From: Camelus ferus
Lineage: Eukaryota
Length of the DNA: 64,000 bases
NCBI RefSeq assembly: GCF_009834535.1
Contig: NC_045708.1
Coordinates: forward strand, 31,062,001 to 31,126,000
Direction of reading: 5' to 3'
Shown: positions 1 through 13,849 of the stretch, piece by piece
How positions within the stretch are numbered: position 1 is the first letter of the stretch
How the letters are laid out: each line of letters opens with the position of its first letter
The notes under the pieces: model-generated
What the model was told of the DNA's origin: nothing
Databases searched by the model: none
What the model saw: the letters and a program-made list of their open reading frames with translations, nothing else
Translations under genes and position numbers: made by a program

Positions 1-699
1 TTCCCCTGGGCCTCGGGGGACTGACACAAGGCACCTCATGCTCAGCTCTGGCACGCTGACCAGATTGCCTTCTGGACTGCTCCCCAGGGCCCGTGAGACT
101 GCCCTGGGCACAGCAGGGACCGACCCGCCCAGGTCCCCTCCCTGGCCAGGGATGGGCCACACCACTTCAACCCTCACAGCCTACCCTCACGAACCTGAAA
201 TTCTCGGGCCTAGTTCATGTAGTCAGGGGTGCCAACCCAGGCTGCATGGGAGCAAGTCCAGCTACCAGAATGTTCCTTCTCTCAAGCTGTTTGATCACTG
301 CCTAGAGGTGAGATAATGGTTTTGTTGCTGAATGAAGCAGGTGAGTTGCAGTTAACCTGTCTGAGCCTCAACTTCTCAGGCTAGAAAATGGAGTGCCTGC
401 CCAGCAGGGCTGTTGTAAGGACGTGTTAAAACATCAGTGTTACTGTTACGGTTACTGTTGTTCCTGTTGCTATCATGATATCCTACAGCATCAGAACTTC
501 TAATTCAAGTCCTTTGCTGTCCTGCCCAGATCTTCTGACCTGAGTCCTGGGAATCAGAGACGTTCAAGCCCCAGCCCAGAGCGAATGAGGAGGGAGGAAG
601 TGTGACAAGCCTCTCCTGCAGGATTAAGACTGATCACCTGTTGTGGGGAGCGATGGCCCTGGGGATGCCCATAGGGACAGATGCTTGCTTTGTTTTACT

Positions 700-855
700 T
701 TACACATCACTCATTTAATCCTTCTAAAACTGTGAAGCAAGGACTATTACGATCCTTATTTTCCTGAGAAGAAATTGGAGCACTGAGGAGGTAAGTAACT
801 TGCCCAAGGTCACACAGCACATAAAAGGCAGAGCTGGGATTTGACTCCAGGTAAT
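700..855 (-). mobile_element. MIR SINE fragment
   Basis: Contains aagtaacttgcccaaggtcacacagc...gagctgggatttgactccagg, the reverse complement of the MIR core. Confidence 0.8.
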
Positions 856-3769
856 CTGTGCTCTCTACTCAGTTTGCTGCTCTGCTGGGCTTCTTAAACT
901 TCATGCCTGTGGCTTGTGTGACCCCATCTTTGGCCTCCACACAAGGACAAGGGATGTGGCCTTGCTTTGGGGACAGCAGGATGAGGCAGCAGGGAAGCTG
1001 GGTTGTCTTGTGCAGTCAGGTCTGGGTTGGGGCTCCCAGGGCAGCTGCTGAGGGGTGAGAACAGGGTGCAGGGTTGGGCGCAGAGGTGGGCTGGGACCAG
1101 GGTCTGAAGCCAGAAGAGGGCAGACTGGAGGAGGGGTCTAGCCGAGCCCCAGACCTCACAGCAGTTCCAGCATCCCGGCCCTTCGAACCGGGGGTCCCAA
1201 GGAGTGTTCTGTCTTCGTGCCTAGGGCCAGACACACAGAGTGCAGTGGGAACCACTCCTCAGGGAAATCCAGCAGGGCCTCTCTCCGGGGGTCAAGTTTC
1301 TCATGACCCCAGGGCCCTGCTCAGCCAGGCATGCCACCCGCAGCAGGTTCTGAGAGGACACCTTCCCTGCCAACCCTTCTGAGCGCTGAGCTCAGGAAAA
1401 GCGACTTCTGATCTGGGGTTGGGCCCTTTCCTCATCCTGGATCCCTCAGAGGTTCTGACTCAAGTCCCAGAGAAGATGTGAGCTGCTTCCTGGCCCAGAA
1501 CAGCAGGCAGGGCAGCTCTTCAGGGTGGGGGGTGGGCTTTGGGGATGTGTGAAGGCAGGGGACAGACTCCACTCTGTTCTCAGCAGTTCCTCCCTTGGAG
1601 GCCAGGACACACTCCGGGCCCCTTAGCTCTGCTACTCAGTGTACTCTCCGGGATCTCAGGCTGGGGTAGCATCCGCTGCTGTCCCAAACACAGGGACCTC
1701 CCAGGCCTGCAAGGGTCAGCCGTCTCTGGGCAGAGGAACAATTGCTGAGGTTGGGCTCCTCTCCTCCCCGGCTGCTTCTTCCCAAGCTCTCCAGGCACGT
1801 CTTCCTCTGCAGACAAACCCTTAGAAGTCAGCCCTCAGTCCTCCTCTACTCTGCCTCCTCCCTGGTGATGTTATTCACTCCTAGGGTCTCAGTGACCCTG
1901 TTACTGATGATTCCCAAACCCACACCTGCACACGGAAATTTGCCCTCTGAATTCAGCTGCCCTGGGCATCTCCCCCTGAAAATCCTACATCTGGCACTGA
2001 ATGCTCACTCACCCAAATACCTGCCCTTCCCCAAGTCAACACTGCCTCCATCACATCTCTGGAATCTCTCTGTTCCCTGTGCAACAGTTTAGGCACATCT
2101 TACCACCTCTCTCTTGGTCTCTCCCCTCCAATCCATCCCCACACAGCATCCCCCTCTTTGGCTTCATCACTGGCCTGGGCACCCTGGACCCTATGCTGCA
2201 GCACCCTGAGACCACCTGCCTTTTTCTCACACAGCCCCCTACATCAGTCAGCCCTTCTCTGCTGGCTCATTCCTCAAAGGCTAGCACTGCATCTGGTGGA
2301 CTCATGTGGGTGGCTGCCTGGTTCCCAACAACCTCCCTGTGTCTGGGACTGACCTGAAACAAACAAGTGGGCTCCCAAAATCACAAACGGGCTACCAGAG
2401 CTTGCCCCCACTGGGCAGAGCTGGTTGGACTTGACCCAAATTGGGCCGGTCAGATTCTGTCACCTGAGTACTTGAAACTCAGAATCAAGAGTTCGGGAGT
2501 CCCAGGCATGGAGTCTCACAAGTGCCTGTAAATGACAGCGCACTAGAGGTCCCATGCCTGACCTCGGGTGGCTGGGACCACCTGCTTCCCACCCTCCTGA
2601 GTCAGTTGTCCCTTTAATTCTCCCCCAAAACTTCTTTCCATCCTTTGCAACCAAAAGAGACTTCCTCAAGTCTTTGCCATCTTGAGGCTGCCTCCCTTCA
2701 CCCAGAATCCCCACCAGCAACCATGACCCTGTCTGACTCCTCTCCGTCAAAGTTCTTGTTAAAGTCTTCCATGTTTGACTCCACTCCCTCACCTTTCCTC
2801 CACTCACTCCCCAGCCCACAGTAATTCAACAAAGACAGCAAGTATTTATATAGCATCTGCCATTTGCGAGATTCTGAGGACATGGAATGAGGCGCAGCCT
2901 GTGGCTTCGGAGAATTCACAGTCTAGCCCAGTAAGGGCTACGTGCAAACTGTGATACAGAATAAAATGACATGTGACAAGAGAGTGGTAAGAAAACTCAC
3001 AGGTGTTACAGGAGGAAGGGGCACTGGGAAGATATCCTGGGGAGGGGATTCCAAACTGTATCATAGCTTTGAGCGACAAGGCACATTTTTATGCACAAGT
3101 TCCAGTCCAGGAAAATTTTTTAAATGAGTGACTTTTTATTTTTATTTAAAATGAAAATAGGTTTATTCATACCTATGAAAAACATAATATATTATAACCA
3201 TTTCGATTACCCACTTGATTGATAGGAAAAAATTTCAATAAGAAACTTGGCACACTGATTTTCACCTGCTAAAATGTTACTGTCTGGGCACATCTGAAAT
3301 GCTGCCATATAGGCAGGCCACATGGGGTCTACTGGCCAAGGATTTTCCTTACTGTCATAGAGGATTTGGGAGAACAGAAGGGCAGCGAGGCAGGGGAAGA
3401 GTGTGAGCAAAGGTCCATGGAGAAACAGCATGTTCAGGGGGGTGAGGGTGAGGGGATAACAAATAATTAGTTAAATAGGGAGTAATGTAGGGAAAAGCAA
3501 GAAAGGAAACCAAAGGCTGACAGAGGCCTGATTTCATAGTCTGGCCCTTGGTAGGCTTTACCCCAAGAACAGCAGGGAGCCATTGAGGGTTACTGAGCAA
3601 GAGAGGGTCGTGGTCACTTTGGTGGCTAGTGTCAAAGAAAGGAGGATTGCTCTACTCCTGGTCAGCCCCTAAGTCCGAGCCTTCAAGTCCCTGAGGTGTG
3701 TGGTTCCCACGAAGTATCTGCTATCCTTAAGCTGTCAGGCACGGGGGTTGGGGAGTTCAAGATCAGGGT

Positions 3770-4183
<414 letters not shown>

Positions 4184-4238
4184 TCAGCATCTAAGGGGAG
4201 CCCACCCCCTCCTCAGCCTCCCTCCTACTGTCACTCAC

Positions 4239-4257
4239 TTTGGTTTATCTCACTCAT
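4239..4257 (-). CDS. C1orf210: C1orf210 first coding segment (MSEINQ + 1 nt)
   Basis: Reverse complement reads ATG AGT GAG ATA AAC CAA A|gtgagt: a consensus donor, phase 1 matching the next exon, and similar to human MNETNK(T). The exon probably extends 5' to the acceptor tattccag at 4356/4355. Confidence 0.9.
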
Positions 4258-6339
4258 GGAGGGGCCAGAAGACACTAGTGAGCCTCAGCCTCTGCCAGAA
4301 GATTGCTGGCTCTAAGGAGACTCCCAGATGCCAGGCAGCCCCGGGGCACAGACTCCTGGAATACACGTACACACACACACACGTGTGGGCGTCAGGGATG
4401 GCCACAGTGCACACACTCCAGGCCACAATCTCGGCCACGTCAGGGCACTGCACGAACTCTAGAGACTGGACAACCAGCCGTAACCAGCTGTCCACAGGAG
4501 AAAAACAAGCAGAGCCACAGAACTTGGCTGTTTGTAAAGGAACATTGGAAGTGGCTGGAAAAATAACTCGATGCTGGAACTTACTGAGCACAACTTCTGA
4601 TTCAGGCACCAGGCAACCTGCTCACAGAACCCTGTAATGTGGATACAAACATTATCCCCACTCTGTAGGTGAGGCTCAGAAAGGTGCACTAACTCAGCCA
4701 AAGTTCCAGGACTTGAACCCAGGCCTCTGATATCATGGCCCAGAGTCCAGGGTGCTACCCTGCTTGGTAAGCTGAGGGTGGGGGGTGGGAGAAAAGGCGG
4801 TCCTGGCTCCCAGAGGTTGGACAACAGCAATTGCTTGGAGCCAAAGTGGAAACCACACCTAAAGGATGCTGCCAGTTCCCACTCAGGACAGGAGGCCCCA
4901 GGCACAGCCAGGGCAGCCCTGATCCCTCTGCTCCTGAGTCAGGAACCTGCTATCCCATTGCTACTCCCAGCCCTTCAGGCACATCCCTTGTCTCATCACT
5001 TCTGCCCAAGGGGGTGGTGGGGAGCTGAATTCACGGAGCAGTCAAAAGTAGATCAACTGAATCAGGACATTACCTGGATGAGAATCACCGGGCTGGGGAT
5101 GATCTAGAGGAGTATCTGACTTAAGAGAGTATCTGGAGGAAGAGCTTCTGAATCAGAGGAGTGTCTGGGGGAGCAGCACTTGAGTGTTGGGAGTACCCAG
5201 AGGAAGGGCATCTGGGTTACAGAAGTACCTGGAGGAGGAACAGCTAGTGCCGGAGATAATTTGCGAGCGGAGCAGACTGAATCAGAGGAGGACCTGGGAG
5301 GAGCATCCAGGCTAGGAAAGCACCTAGGAGAGAAGCACCTAGTTTAGGGGAGTACTTGGCCACATTCTTTAACACCAACACCTTATCCACGCCCTCCATC
5401 TTCATCTCCAAACTGTCACGGAGCCCCATGAGCTCTTCCTCTCAATCTCCCTAGAATGCCTGCCCCTCCTCCACACCCCATGACCACTGCCCCAGTCCAG
5501 GCTGCCTTCATCTTATACCTCTGACGCTTGCAGTAACTCCTAACTGGTCACCCCCAGGGCTGTGTGCAGATTCCTCAGGACATCCTTCAGGGCCTCACAA
5601 GCCAGCACACGGCCCTCAGGCCAAACTCTCCTTCCTCTTCTCCACAGTTCCCTCCCCATGCTCCATATACACACACACACACACATCCCGCCACTCCCTC
5701 CCTAGTTTTTGTTTTCCCCCACCTCATCCCCAGTTTTTGAGCCCCCATCCCTCAAGCCCAAGTCAGACCATACCTGACTGTGAGGTTGTCCCAGGACCCC
5801 CCTCATGACCCCCCTTCACTGCCCTGCCCAGTCAACCAGCAGTAAGAATTGGCCAGATACTCGAGGGGCAGCACCCTGGGCAGGGATTAGGCTGATTAAT
5901 GTGCGACCTGGCTCTGGCAGAGAGCTGGGCAGTCAGCTGCCTGGTGCGTGTTTGTGAGATGAGTGTGTGGGGGGGGGGTGGCATTAGAAAGGAGAGGTAA
6001 ATCATTCACTCATCCATTCAGTAGCAAACATTCCTTGGGTGCCGTCTGTGGACCCCACACTAGGCACTGGGTCCTCAAAAAATAAGATTTTGTTAAACTG
6101 AAATGAGTTGAATTCAATCTGACGTTTCTAAGATTTTACTCCTACTCCTTTCCTTCCTTCCCTGTCCCTGTGGCTTCTTCCCAAGGACACACACCACCCT
6201 ACCGGCTGTCAACTCACCCCTCCAGATCACATTTCTTCCACCGACAAACACACACCCCACCCTGATTTGTAGCTTCTTTCCTGCTCCCAGGAGCCCTCGG
6301 GGATCTGTAGGTTTCCGCCCCCAGGACCCCCACTGTCTT

Positions 6340-6680
6340 CCCCTCTGCTCCCCACCTGTAGGAACTGTGCACAGTCCGCGGAGGGAGCTTCCGGTTGGGG
6401 CCGGCGGGACCTGGACAGGTGGGCGGGCCAGAGCGGCCGCTTGACTCACCTGGAGACGCAACAGGCGGGCGGGGCTGAAGCCGCGGGTGAGGGCGGAGGG
6501 CAGCGCCTCCAATAGGAAGGACTAATTTCTACATCTTCCCAAGCTTTCACGGAGAACCTTCTAGAGCAGGCCTCACCCCCACCCTCGGTGCTGGGGCGGG
6601 AGGTTGGGGAGGGCGGCGCAGCTGGGACGCAGAGGGGGCCCGCAGACCCTAGAAGGGGCAGCCTTCAGCAGGCAGCCGCT
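6340..6680 (-). promoter_or_regulatory. C1orf210: CpG-rich promoter and non-coding exon 1 region of C1orf210
   Basis: CpG-dense, with GC boxes (gggcggg) and ccaat near 6509. Minus-strand donor CAG|gtgagt at 6450/6449. Confidence 0.7.
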
Positions 6681-8087
6681 CAAGCTGGTGGCCCTGATAA
6701 ACAAGTGAATTTCCGGTGACAGGTACAAAGTCCAGAGCTGAAGAGGGAGAATTGTAGGCCTGTGAAGGCCGCAGGCAGGAACCAGAGGGGAGGAGGCGAG
6801 CATTCTCCAGGCAAAGCCAGAGGGACCAAGGACACTCAAAACTGCCTGCAAAAGGTGTGTAAGCGTGTGCATGTGTGTTTACCTGGATAGAGGGTACAGC
6901 TTCCACCCTGACCTCAAGGATCCTGTGACCCCACAAAGCTGGGCTCTGAACATCTATCTTTTGCCTTACTCTTCTTCCCCGGACCTAGTGCCTCTTTGTC
7001 CTTTTATACCCTCAGTCACCTTCCCTGAGCCCTCCGTCTACCCCAGCAAGCTCCGCCTCCGCTCCAGCAAGCCCTGCCTCCACCCCGAAACCCCGCCCCC
7101 TTGCAAGTCCCGCCTCCACGCGGCAAACACCACCTTCTCCATACCTAGAAGCACCATTTATCACAACATTTCTACTTATTTTCTTGTAATTTTTCCTTCC
7201 TGTACTGCCTACCCCCTTAGCTGGGGAGCTCTCCCAGGGTGGGGCCAAGTTTGACGTCTCTGGGTTCCCAGCACCTGACACAGGGCAGGCTCTCAGTAAG
7301 TATCTAAGAGAGAAAGCATTTCATGAGCTAAGCCCCGCAGGCGCAGGAATTCACAGGGACCTACAGGGCACAGCCAGAGCAAGGGCTGCGGCCAGGCTTT
7401 CCAGTGGGGCATGGCAATCTCCGGCTGGAAAATGGAGGCCAGTTTATGTAGGACCTTGAAGATCTTGGCATGGCGGATTCTGAACTCCTATGGCCAACGG
7501 CCCCTTCCTAACTCTCCCACCTACACGTCTCTGCTGCAGCCACACCAAACTGTTCTTTATTCCTAGAACCCACCATACTCTCCCCTCCCAGGCTTTGCTT
7601 GTGCTGTTCCTAGGGCCCCTGATTTCCTCCAGCCCTCTTCTCCTCTCCTCCCCCGACATGTCACCTCCCACCTAACCAACTGCTCCTCCCAGGCCTCCTC
7701 ATCACTCAGGCCCCAGCTTAGGTGCCTGTTTATCTAGACCCCTTCTGTGATGCTCCCTAGATTGGACCCCTCCTCCGTGATCTGGGCCCCAGGAAGACCC
7801 TGGCCCTTCTTTCACCCCATAGCCCTGAACAGGGTATTGTGATTTTCTCTTTATTTGACAGAGTCCACTATGATCCTGTAATCTCTGGGGATAGGGCCTG
7901 TGTCTGTCTTGTTCCCCATCATATCCCTAATATCCAAAATGACAATAATAAACACTCCTGAAATAAGTGAATGGGAGGAAAGTGAATATTATCCAGGATG
8001 GGGCAGTGAAGACCCAAGGAAAGTTTGGGGTTTTGGTTTTATTTTGAAGCAAGGAAATCATAGAATTCAAAAGATAGTCACTTTGAT

Positions 8088-8580
8088 GTATTCATACAAT
8101 GGAATACTACTCAGAAATAAAAAAGAATAAAATAATGCCATTTGCAGCAACATGGATTGACCTGTAGATCATCATTCTAAATGAAGTAAGCCAGAAAGAG
8201 AAAGAAAAATACCATATGACACCACTCATATGTGGAATCTTAAAAAAAAAAAAATACATAAGTGAACTTATTTGCAAAACAGAAACAGACTCATAGACAT
8301 AGAAAACAAACTTATGGTTGCCAGAGGGGAAAGAGGGTGGAAAGGGATAAACTGGGAGTTTGGGATTTGCAGATACTAACTACTATATATAAAATAGATA
8401 AACAACAAATTTCTCCTGTAAAGCACAGGTATCTATATTCAATATCTTATAGTAACCTATAGTAAAAAAGAATAGGAAAATGAAAATATGTATGTTCATG
8501 TATGACTGAAGTATTACGCTGTACACCAGAAATTGACACAACATTGTAACCTGACTATATTAGAATAAATAATTTTTTGA
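8088..8580 (+). mobile_element. 5'-truncated LINE-1 3' end (cetartiodactyl-type)
   Basis: tacaatggaatactactcag...atgccatttgcagcaacatgg...acagactcatagacatagaaaacaaacttatggtt...tgtacaccagaaattgacacaacattgtaa, followed by an A-rich end. Confidence 0.9.
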
Positions 8581-8659
8581 AAAAAGACATATTCATTGAA
8601 TACCTACCATGTCTTCCATGTCCTGGGCACTGTGTCACATGTTTTTTGTTTGTTTTTGT

Positions 8660-8945
8660 TTTTTAAAATTGAGATATTCACAATAGCATAACCTAGTTAA
8701 TATCACAAAACATTCACCATGTTACTCATTTTCAGTGCACTGTTTAGTGGCATTTAGTACACTGAAAATGATCTGCAACCTTCACTCTATCTAGTTCTAA
8801 AACATTTCCATCACAACAAAAGGATTCCCCCTACTCATCAGGCAGTCACTCCTCACTTCCCCTTACCCCAGCCTCCAGCAACCTCTAATCTGCTTTCTGT
8901 CTCTATGGATTCGCCTATTCCAGATATGTCATACGAATGTAATTA
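8660..8945 (-). mobile_element. Old L1M 3' UTR fragment
   Basis: ttgagatattcaca...ccagcctccagcaacctctaatctgctttctgtctctatggattcgcctattc is a typical antisense L1MA/MB 3' end. Confidence 0.75.
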
Positions 8946-9119
8946 TATTTGTGCCAGCTTTTTAATGAACTATTTCATTTAATCCTCCTAACTGTGCTAT
9001 GAGATAGATGTTAATTACTCCCTTAAAAGATGAAGAAAATGAGGCCATGAGAAGGTAATTTGCGTGAAGTCCCCAGAAGAACACAAGTAAAGATCTGCAC
9101 GTCCTCCATCAGTCAGCCG

Positions 9120-11430
9120 TTTATTCTATGAATATTTATTAAATACCCACCACCAAGCCACAGCCAGCCCATACAGCACACATTGCAAAATAACAGAAGG
9201 CAACCAGCTAGATGCCCCCACAGCATGGAGAGCAGAGAGCAGGCTGCATATTAGCACCCACTGGCCCCTCAGCCAGGAGCTCTGGAGCAGTGTACAGCCT
9301 TTACAACCTTCCATGGCAGCCCTGGCAACCATGTGGTAGGCTCTGTGCTAGCTGCTGGGGACAGATTTCCTGGCACCATACAGCTTTCATTCTAGTGGTA
9401 AAGATAGACACTACACAAGTAAAGAAGTAAATATGATTATTTCAGATAATGGTTAATGCTCTGAAGTAAATAAAATGGCTTCTAGTGACAGACTTGTGGA
9501 GGGGGCTGCTACTGTACATTAGGTAGTCGGTAATAGAGGGGACTGGCTGAAGGGGGGACTTTGAGCTGAGATCTGAATAAGAGTGAGACAGCAATCACAC
9601 CACAGTCTGGGGGAAGAATATTCCAGAAAGAGGGAACAGCCAGGACAAAGATGGAGAAGCAAGAGCATGGCTGGCTTATTCAAACAACAGAAGGGAGGCC
9701 AGCTGGATGGAGTTCAGTGAGTGGGGAGAGGTGGGGGCGCTCACTTGGGGCCACACCAAGTCCTTCCCTCTGTGAGACAGGAGGCCACTGATTGGTGTGG
9801 AGGACAGAAAAGCTGAATTTCTCAGGCTTCTGTGTGAAGAATGGACAAAAGGAGGCCAGAGTAGAAGCGGGCAGGCCAGTTAGGGGCTGTTGTGATCATG
9901 CGGGAGAATGGGGATGTGGCATTAGGGTAGTCAGGCAGAAATGGGGAGACGTGCTCAGATTCTGGATGTATTTTGAAGGTGAAGCCAACACGATCTGCTG
10001 ACTGGATGTGGGGTTTGAGGAAAAGAAAGTGACCAAGAGTAACTCCAGAGTTGTAATCTGAGCAACTAGAAGAATGGAGTTGTGGGGAGACGCAGGAAGG
10101 GACGAATTTGGGAGGGCAGTCCGGACCTCAGTTTTGGACATGTTACTTGTGCGATGCCCGTAAGACATCCAGGTGGCACACCAAGTAGGGAGTAGCATAA
10201 ACTAGCCTGAGCGCAGCGGAAGCTAAGGGCTAGAACTATAAACTGGGGAACCAGTAACATGTGGGTGGTTTTTAAAGCCTTCATCAGAGAGAGAAGAGGG
10301 CTGAGGGCTGAGCCCTGGAGCACTCAGGGAGCAGAGGTCAGGGAGGCAAGAGAAGCAGGAATAGAGACTGGGGGTGGCCAGCGTGGTGGGAGGCAGACAT
10401 TTGAGGTATCCTGGAGTTCAGAGGAAAAAGCATTTCAAGGGCAAAGACTTGACTAGCTACATTAATTGCTGATGATTGGTCAACCAAGATATATGAACTG
10501 AGAAATGACCTTGAATTTGACTGTGTGGAGGTCACTGGCAACTTGACAAGACCAGTTTCAAGAGTGTTGGGGACAAATGCCCAACTGGAGTGATGCATCA
10601 TTTTGGGAGCAGAGGAAGTAAAGACAACTCCTTCAAGGAATAAAAGGAGCTGAGAAATGGAGCAGACATGGGAGGCGGGTGTGGGATCAAGGATGGGTTT
10701 TTTAAGGCTGGGAGCTTTTGGACCACCTGTGTATGCTGGTCGGAATAATCCAGGAGAGAGAGGAAACTGATGATGCAGAAGGAAGGGACAACGAGGGTGG
10801 GAAGTCCTTACGGCATCAAGGGGTATGAAGTGGAGTGCCCAGGTGGAGGGCTGACCTTGGGCAGGATCAGGAAAGTGCCTCTGAGGAAGATGGAGGGTCA
10901 GGTGAATGATGGGAGCCTTAGCGGGTTTTCTTCCCATGGGTTCTTTTTTTCCAGAGAAATAGGAAGCAGCACTATCAGCTGAGAGCGAAGAGTCCAGAGG
11001 GAGTACTGGGGTTCAAGAAGAGAAGAGAAGAGAAGGTGTGAGTCCATCATCCTGGGGCTGAATTTAAACTGAGGTCAGGAAGGGTGGCTGAGTGTTTTGT
11101 CTTCCAGCCAATCCAAGTGCAGGCAGAATTTAATCAGGACTGGGGACTTGCTGGGCAAGTCTGATAAAGCCAGAGAGGGGCAAGGAGGCTGAGCTGTAGG
11201 CAAGGATGGCCCAGGCAGGCAATCAGGCCAGGTAAAGAGGGAAGTGAGGACGGGGTCGGGGACGTGTGACGAGCCCTGAAAAGGTGGTAGGACTGATAGA
11301 TTTTAGGAGCAGTTGCTGGCATATTAGAGACAGGAAGTTAAAAAAATAGAAGGTGGTGGGCAAATGGCGGCATGTAGAAATGGAGGTTACCCAGGGGATA
11401 CAGTTCTTGAAATGAACCATGGAGTGGTCC
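9120..11430 (-). mobile_element. Long degenerate L2 LINE relic
   Basis: Diagnostic antisense L2 phrases: gaatatttattaaatac, tttgagctgagatctgaa, ggatgtattttgaaggtgaagccaac, gaggtcactggcaacttgacaagaccagtttca. Confidence 0.75.
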
Positions 11431-13849
11431 TCAGGTGGGGTCTACAGACTGATGGTCGTTTTACTATTATCTGAAGCATCTTAACTCAACCTTCTGAATC
11501 AGAGGTCTAATGGTAATACACTAACAGCTCTATTAGTAAATGGTAGAAGCAGGACTCAAACCCAGGACTTCTGACTCTAGGTCCAGCCCCTTTCCAGTCC
11601 AACTACATCCCAACTACAATCTGCTGCTCCTCTGAGTAGCACTTACCATGAAGGTGTTCGATTCCTCAGTCATTTGGTATGAGAGACAGCAATCGCTCTT
11701 TTCAAAGATTTGATTATGTTTCCCAACGGAAACTGGGGGTGCTGCTAGTAGAACCAAAAATGGATGCTGGGCATGCAAAAGAACGAGGTGTCCCAGTCCC
11801 CAGCCCACACCCACTCCCTTCTCCATTTGACCCAATGCCTCCCCAGGGCAGACCGAGAACTCTGAGCCTGGGGGTAATTGCAGTCCCCTTTAAGAAGCAG
11901 ATGAGAGCAGGAGAATGCACGTGTGCACTCAGTCACACATCTGCTTACAGGTCTGGCAGGCAGAGGATGGTCAATAAAAACTTGTTGAAGGAATGAATGG
12001 TTGGAATTCCAGGGGCCTCACTTGCTCTCTCAAGGTAAAGAACTGCTGTTAAGCCTTTGCACTCTGTGTGCAGGAACCTCTGTTCTAGTGTAAACATGTG
12101 CCCCTTTTCAATAGGCAGAGGACCCCCGCTTCTTGGCAAGCTTCTGGGGGGTGGCTGCCCACTTCTTGCTCCCAGTCACTCCCGGCCTCCCAGAGGCGGA
12201 GGCAGAACCTCCTTAAGACCACCCTGCACTCTTCCTCCTTCATTCAACCGTCACCTTCCCTGGAGGCTGGCCTCTCCCCACTCCTGTCCTGCCGGCACCG
12301 ACCTCCTGGACATGTCCCCACATTCAGAGCATCCCTGAAGTAATCCCAGTGGGGACTGGGCTTGAAGCTTGCTGAAGCGAGCCCTCTGACCTGGTCATCA
12401 CTGAGAAGTCACAGTTCACTGAAGGTCAAAGGACATCTCCCCAGCAGCGCTCCCCAAACCTAGACCTGACACTAGGGAAACACTTGGCGATCACAGCTTC
12501 TAGAGTTTCCTCACTTTCTCAAGGTGGGCCATGGTATTCCGCCAAGCCCTGAGGCAGAGCTTAGCAAACCTCCTCTCTCCCAACCACACCATCCTGAAAC
12601 TTCAGTATAATTGCCTCATATGCTCACCACATCAGATCCAACATCCAGGTACAGGGGACAACTTCCCCAGCCACCAGCTCCATCTTGCCACACTGGATTT
12701 ATAATCAGACATTACACATGTAAAATGAAGTCATTGTCTGTGGCACCCCAGTGATCAGTTATCTCTGGGGTAACCGGGTCTGAGAGGAACAGAACTCAGC
12801 AGACCTAGCAGAGGATGATTACACCCTCTCCTGAGGGATGTTACACCCAGGCAAGTGGCCAGAGGTGGCAGACCAGCTGGACAGAGTGGCTCCATCAGGC
12901 TGTCCCCTCCCAACCCTGCCCTCCTGGGCCCGTGCAATGGAAATAGTCAACTGTCCCATGCTCTCGCTTTCTTCTAAGGTCTGGAAAGGAGGAAAGCTGG
13001 TCCCACCTGAGACGCTAGGAGTGTTGGTGCATTACCGTGTAGAAATCCTCTGGTGGCCGGCACCACTCACGCCTGGGAGGAGACATCGCTCCCCACAGGG
13101 ACAGAAAGCCCACTTCTGCGTGCAGTTGCCCGGCACCCACTCAGACTTCCCAGTTGGAACAAGCATCCCCTCCTCAGGGTGGGGGCAAGGATGGAGGACA
13201 AACATGACTTCTGGGAAGAGGGTAAAGAAAAGGGTGGGACATCCCTCTGACACCGATGACATCCCTATGTCACCACAAATGAATCATGAGAGCTAATGGG
13301 CTGGCGTTGTCACTCCTCCTTATCCTCAAATAGCATTTCAAGCCAGACTGAACAGCCAGGAAGCAATCCCCGGGGCTCCGCCAGTCTGTGGACCTTGCAG
13401 GATCCTGCTGTGGTCTGTAGTGGCAGCTTTCCCTCATAAAATGTGCTTTGTATTCGAAGTAGGCTTGCTGTTGTTTGAGGCAGGAGGACAATGAGTCATT
13501 TGTGTCCAGTGCTAGTGGTTCTAGGATTTCAGAGTGACCTAGGGTGAAGCAAGGACCTGGTGTACCTTAAAGGCAAGACACCCTGAAAATCCATGCCTTC
13601 CCATCTCTGCCAGCCCACCCTTGCCTTTTAAAGGGTCCCCACTCGATCATGACACAGCACAGAGATGAGCTCATTATTTTTCCAGACTAAAACCTCTAAT
13701 GCTTTCTGAGTACATAGGGTTTGGCTTTTAAAAATCACTTTTAAGAGCTTGGAGATGACACATGCAGAGAGCAGCCACCCGCTGCGAATGCTGGCAGGGA
13801 CTATGAACCCGCTTGCTATCTCAGTGGGATGGATTTTGTTGTTGTTTTG

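Noticed and set aside
1-480. Possible TMEM125 3' UTR at the window start
   Set aside because: It would fit human synteny, but no TMEM125 coding sequence or clear poly(A) signal is visible. ORFs 38-316 and 93-305 look like noise.
4250-4609. Minus-strand ORF MPESEVVL... with a gtaagt donor, as an alternative C1orf210 start
   Set aside because: It starts at GTG, not ATG. The real start at 4257 matches the known N-terminus and gives the expected 113 aa.
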